From the human T2T-CHM13v2.0 reference genome, Homo sapiens, in NCBI RefSeq assembly GCF_009914755.1, contig NC_060946.1: DNA of 64,000 nt; one strand, written 5' to 3'. The notes below the pieces were generated by a model. That model saw only the letters and a list, made by a program, of their open reading frames with translations. It did no database searches and had not been told where the DNA came from. Of this stretch, positions 45,701 through 59,190 are shown one piece after another. The first letter of the stretch is position 1, and each line of letters starts with the position of its first letter. A program made the translations under genes and the position numbers.

Positions 45701-48700
45701 ATTCCAGTCCATTCTATTCCATTCCATTCCATTCTCTTCCATTCCATTCCATTCCATTCCATTCCATTGCATTCCAATCCATTCCATTGCATTCGATTCC
45801 ATTCGGTTTGCTTCCATTCCGTTCCAGTATTTTCCATTCCATTCCATTCCATTCCATTCCTTTCCATTCCATTTGATTCAGGTTGATTGCATTCCATTCC
45901 ATTCCATTCCATTCCAGTCCATTCCATTGCATTCCTTTCCATTCCATTCCACTCGTGTTGATTCCATTAGATTCCATTCCATTCCATTCCACTGAGGTTG
46001 ATTCCATTCCTTTCCATTCCATTGCATTCCATCCGTGTTGATTCCATTGCATTCCATTCCGTTCCACTCCATTCCATTCCATTTCATTCCATTCCACTTG
46101 ATTAAATTCCTTTCCATTCCATTCCATTCCATTCCATTCCGTTCCATTCTACTCGGGTTGATTTTATTCAATTCCATTCCATTCCATTCCACTGATGTTT
46201 ATTTCATTCCACTCCATTCCATTCCATTCCATTCCATTCGGGTTTATTCCATTTCATTCCATTCCATTCCATTCCACTGCATTCCATTGCTTTCCATTCC
46301 ATTCCATTCCATTCCATTCCATTCCTTTACACTCGAGTGGTTTCCACTCCATTCAATTGCATTACATTCCATTTCATTCCAATAGAGTGGATTCCATTCC
46401 ATTCCATTCCATTCCACTCGGGTTGATTCCATTCTGTTCCTTTCCATTCCATTTCATTCCATTCCATTGCATTCCGTTCCATTCCATTCGTGTTGATTCC
46501 ATTCCATTCCACTCCAATCCATTCCATTCCATTCCAATCCATTCCATTCCATTCAATTCCACTCGCATTCAATCTATTCCATTGCATTTCATTCTGTTCT
46601 GTTCCATTCCATTCCACTGGATTTCATACCATTCCATTCCACTCGGGATGATTCCATTCCGTGCCATTTTATTCCGTTCCTTTCCATTCCATTCCATTCC
46701 ATTCCATTCCACTCGCGTTGATTCCATTCCATTCCATTCCATTCCATTCCATTCCATTCCATTCCACTCGGTTTGTTTCCATTCCATTCCTTTCCATTTC
46801 ATTCTATTCCATTCCATTCCAATCCATTGTATTCCATTCCATTCCACTCCATTCGATTCCATTCCTCTCCGGTTATTCCATTCCATTCCATTCCATTCCA
46901 TTCCATTCTACTTGGTTTGTTTCCATTCCGTTCCATTCCATTTTATTCCATTCCATTCCATTCCATTACATTCCATTCCATACCATTCCACTCGGGTTGA
47001 TTCCATACCATTCTATTCCACTACATTCCATTAAATTCCATTCCATTCCATTCCACTCGGGTAGATTCCATTCCATTCCATTCCATTCCATTCCATTCCA
47101 TTCCATTCCGTTCCGTTCCGTTCCGTTCCATTCCATTCCATTCCATTCCATTCCATTCCATTCCATTCCATTAAATTCCATTCCATTCCATTCCACTCGG
47201 GTAGATTCCATTCCATTCCATTCCATTCCATTCCATTCCATTAGTTTCTAATCAGGTTGATTCCAATCCATTCCATTATATTCAAGTCCAAGTACTTTCC
47301 ATTCCACGCCTTTCCACTCGATTTCTTTCCATTTTGTTGTATTCTATTCCATTCCATTCCATTCCATTCCATTCCTTTCCATTCCATTGCATTGCATTCC
47401 ATTCCACTCTTGTTGTTATCATTCCGTTCCATTATTTTCCATTCCATTCCATTCCTTTCCATTCCATTCCATTCCTTTCCACTCAGGGTGATTCCATTCC
47501 ATTCCATTCCATACCAATGCATTCCATTCCAGTTTATACCATTGCATTGCATTGTTTCCATTCCATTCCATTCCATTCCACTCCACTCTGTTTGATTCAT
47601 TTCCATTCCATTCCATTCCATTCCATTCCATTCCATACCATTCCACCAAAGTTGATTGCATGCTCTTCCATTCCATTCCATTCCATTCCAGTCAATTCCA
47701 TTCCTTTCCACTTGGGTTGATTCCGTTGAATTCAATTCAGTTCCATCCCATTCCGTTCCATTCCATTCCATTCCATTTCATTCCATTGCATGCCACTCGG
47801 GTTGACTCCATTCCATTCCATTCCATACCATTCCAAAAAGTTGATTGCATGTTATTCCATTCCATTCCACTCCACTAAATTCCATTCCATTCCATTCCAT
47901 TCCTTTCCACTCGGGTTGATTCCATGCCTTTCAATTCCTTTCCGTTCCGTTCCATTCCGTTCCATTTTATTCCATTGCATTCCTCTCGGGTTGATTCCAT
48001 TCCATTCCATTCCATTCCATTCCATTGCATTACTTTCCATACGTTTTGGGTTGATTCCTTTCCAATCCATTCCACTACGTACATTCCCACTCCATTCCGT
48101 TACATTCCATTCGGGTTGATTCCATTACATTCCATTCCGTTCCATTCCATTCCATTCCAGACCATTCCACTAGGGTTGATTCCATACCATTCCATTCCTT
48201 TGCATTCCATTCCATTCCATTCCACTCGGGTTGATTCCATTCCATTCCATTCCATTCCATTCCATTCCATTACATTCCATTCCACTTGGGTTGATTCCAT
48301 TCCATTCCAATCCATTCCATTCCATTCCGTTCCATTGGGGTCCATTCTATTCCGTTCCGTTCCATTCCATTCAATTCCATCCCATTGCATTCCATACCAT
48401 CCCATTCCATTCCATTGCATTCATTCCTTTCCATTCCATTCCATTTCAGTCACGTTGATTCCATTCCATTCCTTAACATTCCATTCCAATCCATTCCATT
48501 CCATTGCATTCCATTCTACTCGGGTTGTTTCCATTCCATTCCAGTAGTTTCCATTCCATTCCATTCCATTCTATTTGGCTCAGGTTTATTCCGTTCCATT
48601 CCATTCCTTTCCATTCCATTTGGCTCAGGTTGATTCCATTCCATTCCATTCCATTCCATTCCATTCCATTCCATTCCATTCCATTCCTTTCCAGTTGATT

Positions 48701-51700
48701 CCATTGCATTCCGTTCCATTCCATTCCATTCCATTCCATTCCATTCCATTCCATTCCATTCCATTCCACTCTGGTTGATACCATTCCGTTCCACTCGATT
48801 CCATTCTGTTCCACTCAGGTTGATTCCATTCTATTCCATTCCATTTTATTCCACTCCACTCGGGTTGATTCCATTCCATTCCATTCCATTCCATTGCATT
48901 CCACTCTCGTTGATTCCATTGCATTCCATTCCATTCCACTCCATTCTATTCCATTTCATTCCATTCCAGTTGATTTCATTCCTTTCCATTTCATTCCATT
49001 CCATTCCGTTCCATTCTACTCGGTTTGATTTCATTCCATTCCATTCCATTCCATTCCATTCCATTTCATTCCACTGGTGTTTATTCCATTCAACTCCACT
49101 CCATTCAATTCCAATCCATTCCATTCCATTCCATTGCATTCCATTCCATTCCATTCCATTCCATTCGGGTTTATTCCATTTCATTCCATTCCATTCCATT
49201 CCATTGCATTCCATTCCTTTCCATTCCATTCCATTCCATTCCATTCCAGTCCATTCCATTGCATTCCTTTCCATTCCATTCCACTCATGTTGATTCCATT
49301 CCATTCCATTCCATTCCATTCCACTCCATTCCAATCCATTACATTCCACTCGGGTTGAATACTTTTCATTCCATTCCAATGCATTCCCTTCCATTCAATC
49401 AATTCCATTCCATTCCATTCCGTTCTGTTCCACTCCATTCCATTGCATTCCATAACATTCCATTCCACTCGTGTTGATTCCATTGAATTCCATTCCATTC
49501 CATTCCATTCCGTTCCTTACATTCCATTCAATTCCATTCCAGTGTATTGCATGCCATTCCATTCTATTCTATTCCATTCCATTCCATTCCATTTGACTCA
49601 TGTTGATTCCGTTCCATTCCATTCCATTCCATTCCATTCCATTCCTTTCCAGTTGTTTCCATTGCATTCCATTCCGTTCCATTCCATTCCATTCTGTTCC
49701 ATTGCATTCCATTCCATTGCATTCCACTCGGGTTGATTCCATTCCATTCCATCCCATTCCATTCCATTCCATTCCATTCCGTTCCGTTCCACTCGGCTTG
49801 ATTCCCGTCCATTCCATTCCATTTTATTCCACTCCACTCGGGTTGATTCCATTCCATTCCGTTCCATTCCATTCCATTCCATTCCATTTCATTCCACTCG
49901 TGTTGATTCCATTGCATTCCATTCCATTCCACTCCATTCCATTTCATTCCATTCCATTCCACTCCATTCCATTTCATTCCATTCCATTCCATTCCATTGC
50001 ATTCCATTGCATTCCATTAAATTCCATTCCATTCCATTCCATTCCATTCCATTCCATTTGTGTTGATTCCATTCCATTCCATTCCATTCCATTCCATTCC
50101 ATTCCATTCCACTGGAATCCATTACTTTCCTCTCGGGTTGAATCCTTTCCATTCCATTCCAGTGCATTCCCTTCCATTCAATTCCACTCGGATTCAATCA
50201 ATTGCATTCCATTCCATTCCGTTCAGTTCAACTCCATTCCATTGTATTCCATACCACTCCATTCCACTCTGGTTGATTCCATTGAATTCCATTCCATTCC
50301 ATTCCATTCCACTCCATTCCGTTCCATTCCATTCTATTTCATTCCGTTCCATTGCATTCCACTCGGGTTGATTCCATTCCATTCCATTCCATTCCATTCC
50401 ATTCCATTCCGTTGCATTCCATTCCATTCAATTCCACTCCTGTTGATTCCCTTCCATTCCATTCCATTCCATTCCACTTGGGTTGATACCACTCCGTTCC
50501 TTTCCATTTCATTCTATACCATTCCATTCCATTCCTTTCCATTCCATTCCATTCCGTTGCATTCCGTTCCATTCAATTCCACTCCTGTTGATTCCCTTCC
50601 ATTCCATTCCATTCCATTCCATTCCACTTGGGTTGATACCACTCCGTTCCTTTCCATTTCATTCTATACCATTCCGTTCCATTCCGTGCCATTCAATTCG
50701 TGTTGATTACATTCCATTCCATTCCATTCCACTCCATTCCAATCCATTACATTCCACTCGGGTTGAATCCATTCCTTTCCATTCCAATCCACTCCACTCC
50801 TTTCCAATCCATTCCATTCCATTCAATTCCACTTGGATTCAATCTATTCTTTCCATTCCATTCCATTCTGTTACATTCCATTCCATTGCATTAGATACCA
50901 TTCCATTGCACTCGGGATGATTCCATTCAATTCCATTATATTCCTTTCAATTCCATTGCATTCCATTCCATTCCATTCCATTCCACTTGGGTGGATTCCA
51001 TTCCATTCCATTCCATTCCATTCCACTCGGGTTGATTCCATTCCGTTCCTTTCCATTTCATTCCATTCCATTCCATTCCATTCCATTCCATTCCATTCCA
51101 CTCCTTTCCATTCCACTCCACTCCGGTTGTTTCCATACTGTTCCATTCCATTTCATTCCATTCCATTTCACTCGGTTTGATTCCATTCCATTCCATTCAA
51201 TTTTATTCAATTCCATTCCGTTCCATTCCATTCCATTCCATACCATTCCACTCGGTTTGATTCCATACCATTCCATTCCATTCCATTCCATTCCATTCCA
51301 TTCGGGTTTATTCCATTCTTTTCCATTCCATTCCATTCCACTCAATTCCACTCCATTCCATTCCATTCCATTCCTTTCCATTCCATTCCATTCGGGTTTA
51401 TTCCATTCTTTTCCATTCCATTCCATTCCATTCCATTCCATTCCACTCCATTCCATTCCATTCCATTCGGGTTTATTCCATTCTTTTCCATTCCATTCCA
51501 TTCCACTCCATTCCACTCCATTCCATTCCATTCCATTCCATTCCAGTCAGGTTGATTCCATTGCATTCCTTTCCAATCCATTCCATTCCATTCCATTCCA
51601 TTCCATTCCATTCGGGTTCATTCCATTCCATTCCATTCTATTCCATTCCTTTACGTTCCATTCCATTCCTTTCCATTCCATTGCATTCCGTTCCATTCCA

Positions 51701-53899
51701 TTCCAATCCATTCCATTCCATTCCATTCTACTCGGGTTGATTCCATACCATTCCATTCAATTCATTCCTTTCCATTCCATTCCATTCCACTCGGGTTGAT
51801 TCCATTCCATTCCTTCCATTCCATTCCATTCCTTTCCATTCCATTCCTCTTGTGTTGATTCCGTCACATTCCATTCCATTCCAATGTACTTGGGTTGATT
51901 CCAGTCCCTACCATTCCATTCTATTCTATTGCATTCATTTACATTACACTCCGGTTGATTCCATAGCATTGCATTCCATTCCATTCCATTCGAATTGATT
52001 CCATTCCATTCCACTCCATTCCATTCCATTCAACTACTTTACATTCCATTCCACTCCATTATATTCCATTCCATTCCACCCGGATTGATTCCATTCCATT
52101 CCATTCCGTTCCATTCCATTCCATTCCATTCCAGTTGATTCCACTGGATTCGATTCCGTTCCATTCCATTCCATTCCATTCCATTCCATTCCATTCCATT
52201 CCATACCAGTCGAGTTGATTCCAATCCATTCCATTGCATTACATTCCATTTCATTCCAATCAGGTGGATTCCATTCCATTCCATTCCGTTCCACTCGGGT
52301 TGATTCCATTCCGTTCCATTCCATTCCATTCCATTCCATTGCATTCCATTCCATTCCGTTCCATTCCATTCGTGTGGATTGCATTCTATTCCACTCCAAT
52401 CCATTCCAATCCATTCCATTCCATTCAATTCCACTCCCATTCAATCTATTCCATTCCATTTCATTCTGTTCTGTTCCATTCCATTCTATTGGATTCCATA
52501 CCATTCCATTCCACTCGGGATGATTCCATTCCATTCCATTATATTCCATTCCATTCCTTTCCATTCCATTCAACTCGGGTTGATTCCATTCCATTCCATT
52601 CCTTTCCATGTCAGTCGGGTTTTTCCTTTCCTTTCCTTTCCATTTCATTCTATTCAATTCCATTCTATTCCATTCCATTCCACTCCATTCCATTACATTC
52701 CTCTCCGGTTATTCCATTCCATTCCATTCCATTCCACTCGGGTTGTTTCCATTCCATTCCATTCCATTTTATTCCATTCCATTCCGTTCCATTACATTCC
52801 ATTCCATACCATTCCACTCGGGTTGATTCCATACCATTCTATTCCATTCCATTCCATTAAATTCCATTCCATTCCATTCCACTCGGGTAGAATCCATTCC
52901 ATTCCATTCCATTCCATTAAATTCCATTCCATTCCATTCCACTCGGGTAGATTCCATTCCATTCCATTAGTTTCTAATCGGGTTGATTCCAATCCATTCC
53001 ATTATATTCAATCATTTCCATTCCATGCCATTCCACTCGGGTTGTTTCCATTTTGTTGTATTCCATTCCATTCCATTCCATTCCATTCCATTCCATTCCA
53101 TTCCGTTCTGTTCCGTTCCGTTCCATTCCATTTCTTTCCATTGCATTCCATTCCACTCAGGTTGTTTGCATTCCTTTCCATTAGTTTCCATTCCATTCCA
53201 TTCCTTTCCTTTCCATTCCATTCCATTCTTTTCCACTCAGGGTGATTCCATTCCATTCCGTTTAAATGCATTCCATTCCAGTTGATACCATTGCATTGCA
53301 TTGTTTCCATTCCATTCTATTCCTTTACATTACATTCCATTCCACTCGGTTTGATTCATTTCCATTCCATTCCATTCCATTCCATTCCATTCCATTCCAT
53401 TCCATTCCTCTCAGGTTGAAGCCATTCCATTCCATGCCCCTTTATTCCATTCCATTCCATTCCATTCCATACCATTGCAGCAACTTTGATTGCATGCGAT
53501 TCCATTCCATACCATTCCATTGCATTCCATTCCATTCCTTTCCACTTGGGTTGATTCCATTCCATTCAATTCTGTTCCGTTCCGTTCCATTCCGGTCCAT
53601 TACTTTCCATTCCATTCCATTTCATTCCTTTGCATTCCACTCGGGTTGATTCCATTCCATTCCATTGCATTTCATTCCATTCCATTGCATTCCATTCCAT
53701 TCCATACATTTCGGGTTGATTCCTTTCCATTCCATTCCATTCCATACAATTCCGCTCCATTCCGTTCCATTCCATTCGGGTTCATTCTGTTCCATTCCAT
53801 GCCCTTTTATTCCATTCCATTCCATTCCATTCCATTCCATTCCATTCCATACCATTCCACCAAAGTTGATTACATGTTATTCCATTCCATTCCATTCCA

Positions 53900-56800
53900 T
53901 TCCATTCCTTTCCACAAGGGTTGACACCATTCCATTCAATCCCCTTCCTTTCCGTTCCGTTCTATTCCACTCCATTCCATTTCATTCCATTGCATTCCAC
54001 TCGAGTTTGTTCCATTCCTTTCCATTCCATTCCATTCCATTCAATTCCATACCCTTCGAGTTGATTCCTTTCCATTCCATTCCATTCCACATCATTCCAC
54101 TGCATTCCGCTCCATTCCATTCAGGTTGATTCCGTTCCATTCCATGCCCTTTTATTACATTCCGTAACATTCCATTCCATTCCATTCCATACCATTTCAC
54201 CAAAGTTGATTGCATGTTATTCCATTCCATTCCATTCCATTCAATTCCATTCCATTCCATTCCATTCCATTCCATTCCATTACATTCCACTACATTAAAT
54301 TCAATTCAATTCCATTCCATTCCATTCCTTTTCACTCGGGTTGATTCCATTCCATTAAATTCCGTTCCGTTCCTTTCCATTCCATACCATTTATTTCCAT
54401 TGCATTCCAATCGGGTTGATTCCATTCCACTCCATTCCATTCCATTCCATTCCATTCCATTCCATTCCATTCTGTTCCTTTCCACTTGGGTTGATTCCAT
54501 TCCATTCAATTCCGATCCCTTCCGTTCCTTTCCATTCCGTTCCATTCCATTCCATTGCATTTCATTCCATTGCATTCCACTTGGGTTGATTCCATTCCAT
54601 TCCATTCCATTCCATTCCATTCCATTCCATACCCTTCGGGTTGATTCCTTTCCATTCCATTCCATTCCATACCATTCCACTCCATTCCATTCCATTCCAT
54701 TCGGGTGGATTGCATTCCATTCCATTCTGTTCCATTCCATTCTATACCATTCCACTAGGGTTGATTCCATACCATTCCTTCCATTCCATTCCATTCTTTT
54801 CCATTCCATTCCTCACGTGTTGATTCCGTTGCATTCCATTCCTTTCCAATGCACTTGGGTTGATTCCAGTCCCTACCATTCCATTCCATCCTATTCTATT
54901 CATTTACATTACACTCCGGTTGATTCCATAGCATTGCATTCCATTCCATTCCATTCCATTCCATTCCATTCGAATTGATTCCATTCCATTCCATTCCATT
55001 CCATTCCATTCCGTTCCATACCAATCGGTTTGATTCCATTGCATTCCACTCCATTCCATTCCATTCAACTCCATTCCATTCCATTCCACTCCATTACATT
55101 CCATTCTATTCCACCCGGATTGATTCCATTCCATTCCATTCCATTCCATTCCATTCCATTCCATTCCATTCCAGTTTATTCCATTGGATTCGATTCCGTT
55201 CCATTCCATTCCATTCCATTCCATTCCATACCAGTCGAGTTGATTCCAATCCATTCCATTGCATTACATTCCATTTCATTCCAATCAGGTGGATTCCATT
55301 CCATTCCATTCCATTCCACTCGGGTTGATTCCATTTCGTTCCATTCCATTCCATTCCATTCGTGTGGATTCCATTCTATTCCACTCCAATCCATTCCAAT
55401 CCATTCCATTCCATTCAATTTCACTCGCATTCAATCTATTCCATTCCATTTCATTCTGTTCTGTTCCATTCCATTCTATTGGATTCCATACCATTCCATT
55501 CCACTCGGGATGATTCCATTCCATTCCATTATATTCCGTTCCATTCCATTACATTCCATTCCACTCGGGTTGATTCCATTCCATTCCATTCCTTTCCATA
55601 CCACTCGGGTTTTTCCTTTCCATTCTTTTCCATTTCATTCTATTCCATTCCATCCTATTCCATTCCATTCCACTCCATTCCATTCCATTCCTCTCCGGTT
55701 ATTCCATTCCATTCCACTCCATTCCACTCGGGTTGTTTCCATTCCATTCCATTCCATTTTATTCCATTCCATTCCGTTCCATTACATTCCATTCTATACC
55801 ATTCCACTCGGGTTGATTCCATACCATTCTATGCCATTCCATTCCATTAAATTCCATTCCATTCCATTTAACTCGGGTAGATTCCATTCCATTCCATTCC
55901 ATTCCATTCCATTCCATTCCATTCCATTCCTTTCCGTTCCGTTCCATTCCATTCCATTCCATTCCATTCCATTCCATTCCATTCCATTCCATTAAATTCC
56001 AATCCATTCCATTCCACTCGGGTAGATTCCATTTCATTCCATTCCATTCCATTCCATTAGTTTCTAATTGGTTTGATTCCAATCCATTCCATTATATTCA
56101 ATCCTTTCCATTCCATGCCATTCCACTCGGGTTGTTTCCATTTTGTTGTATTCCATTCCATTCCATTCCATTCCTTTCCACTCGGGTGGACACCATTCCA
56201 TTCAATCCCGTTCCGTTCCGTTCCATTCTATTCCATTCCATTCCATTTCATTCCATTGCATTCCACTCGAGTTTATTCCATTCCTTTCCATTCCATTCTA
56301 TTCCATTCAATTCCATACCCTTCGGGTTGATTCCTTTCCATTCCTTTCCATTCGACATCATTCCACTCCATTCCGCTCCATTCCATTCGGGTTGATTCCG
56401 TTCCATTCCATGCCCTTTTATTGCATTCTGTAACATTCCATTCCATTCCATTCCATACCATTTCACCACAGTTGATTGCATGTTATTCCATTCCATTCCA
56501 TTCCATTCCATTCAATTCCATTCCATTCCTTTCCACTCGGGTTGATTCCATTCCATTAAATTCCGTTCCCTTCCGTTCCGTTCCGTTCCATTCCATACCA
56601 TGTAATTCCATTGCATTCCACTCGGGTTGATTCCATTCCACTCCATTCCATTTTATTCCATTCCATTCCATTCCATTCCATTCCGTTCCTTTCCACTTGG
56701 GTTGATTCCATTCCATTCAATTCCGTTCCATTCCGTTCCTTTCCATTCCGTTCCATTCCATTCCATTGCATTTCATTCCATTGCATTCCACTTGGGTTTA

Positions 56801-59190
56801 TTCCATTCCATTCCATTCCATTCCATTCCATTCCATTCCATACCCTTCGTGTTGATTCCTTTCCATTCCATTCCATTCCATACCCTTCCACTCCATTCCA
56901 TTCCATTCCATTCGGGTGGATTGCATTCCATTCCATTCCCTTCCATTCCATTCTATACCATTCCACTAGGGTTGATTCCATACCATTCCTTCCATTCCAT
57001 TCCATTCTTTTCCATTCCATTCCTCACGTGTTGATTCCGTTGCATTCCATTCCTTTCCAATGCACTTGGGTTGATTCCAGTCCCTACCATTCCATTCCAT
57101 CCTATTCTATTCATTTACATTACACTCCGGTTGATTCCATAGCATTGCATTCCATTCCATTCCATTCCATTCCATTCCATTCGAATTGATTCCATTCCAT
57201 TCCATTCCATTCCATTCCATTCCGTTCCATACCAAACGGTTTGATTCCATTGCATTCCACTCCATTCCATTCCATTCAACTCCATTCCATTCCATTCCAC
57301 TCCATTCCATTCCATTCCATTCCACCCGGATTGATTCCATTCCATTCCATTCCATTCCATTCCAGTTTATTCCATTGGATTCAATTCCGTTCCATTCCAT
57401 TCCGTTCCATTCAATTCCATTCCATACCAGTCAAGTTGATTCCAATCCATTCCATTGCATTACATTCCATTTCATTCCAATCAGGTGGATTCCATTCCAT
57501 TCCATTCCATTCCACTCGGGTTGATTCCATTTCGTTCCATTCCATTCCATTCCATTCCATTCGTGTGGATTCCATTCTATTCCACTCCAATCCATTCCAA
57601 TCCATTCCATTCCATTCAATTCCACTCGCATTCAATCTATTCCATTCCATTTCATTCTGTTCTGTTCCATTCCATTCTATTGGATTCCATACCATTCCAT
57701 TCCACTCGGGATGATTCCATTCCATTCCATTATATTCCGTTCCATTCCATTACATTCCATTCCACTCGGGTTGATTCCATTCCATTCCATTCCTTTCGAT
57801 ACCACTCGGGTTTTTCCTTTCCATTCTTTTCCATTTCATTCTATTCCATTCCATCCTATTCCATTCCATTCCACTCCATTCCATTCCATTCCATTCCTCT
57901 CCGGTTATTGCATTCCATTCCATTCCATTCCACTCGGGTTGTTTCCATTCCATTCCATTCCATTTTATTCCATTCCATTCCGTTCCATTACATTCCATTC
58001 TATACCATTCCACTCGGGTTGATTCCATACCATTCTATGCCATTCCATTCCATTAAATTCCATTCCATTCCATTTAACTCGGGTAGATTCCATTCCATTC
58101 CATTCCATTCCATTCCATTCCATTCCATTCCATTCCTTTCCGTTCCGTTCCATTCCATTCCATTCCATTCCATTCCATTCCATTCCATTAAATTCCAATC
58201 CATTCCATTCCACTCGGGTAGATTCCATTCCATTCCATTCCATTCCATTCCATTAGTTTCTAATTGGTTTGATTCCAATCCATTCCATTATATTCAATCC
58301 TTTCCATTCCATGCCATTCCACTCGGGTTGTTTCCATTTTGTTGTATTCCATTCCATTCCATTCCATTCCTTTCCACTCGGGTGGACACCATTCCATTCA
58401 ATCCCGTTCCGTTCCGTTCCATTCTATTCCATTCCATTCCGTTTCATTCCATTGCATTCCACTCGAGTTTATTCCATTCCTTTCCATTCCATTCTATTCC
58501 ATTCAATTCCATACCCTTCGGGTTGATTCCTTTCCATTCCATTCCATTCGACATCATTCCACTCCATTCTGCTCCATTCCATTCGGGTTGTTTCCGTTCC
58601 ATTCCATGCCCTTTTATTGCATTCCGTAACATTCCATTCCATTCCATTCCATACCATTTCACCAAAGTTGATTGCATGTTATTCCATTCCATTCCATTCC
58701 ATTCCATTCCATTCAATTCCATTCCATTCCTTTCCACTCGGGTTGATTCCATTCCATTAAATTCCGTTCCCTTCCGTTCCGTTCCGTTCCATTCCATACC
58801 ATGTAATTCCATTGCATTCCACTCGGGTTGATTCCATTCCACTCCATTCCATTTTATTCCATTCCATTCCATTCCATTCCATTCCGTTCCTTTCCACTTG
58901 GGTTGATTCCATTCCATTCAATTCCGTTCCATTCCGTTCCTTTCCATTCCATTCCATTCCATTCCATTGCATTTCATTCCATTGCATTCCACTTGGGTTT
59001 ATTTCATTCCATTCCATTCCATTCCATTCCATTCCATTCCATACCCTTCGTGTTGATTCCTTTCCATTCCATTCCATTCCATACCCTTCCACTCCATTCC
59101 ATTCCATTCCATTCGGGTGGATTGCATTCCATTCCATTCCCTTCCATTCCATTCTATACCATTCCACTAGGGTTGATTCCATACCATTCC
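53900..59190 (+). repeat. ~2.2-kb higher-order repeat within HSat3 (about 2.4 copies)
   Basis: CCTCACGTGTTG at 54811, 57022. ACACCATTCCATTCAATCCC at 53924, 56190, 58386. TTAGTTTCTAATTGG at 56057, 58253. CATGTAATTCC at 56599, 58800. Confidence 0.85.

Noticed and set aside
48574-48632. TTGGCTCAGG in HSat3 matching the start of the HSat1B Alu
   Set aside because: Only 10 bp, and derivable from the local CACTCAGGTT variant. No further Alu similarity.
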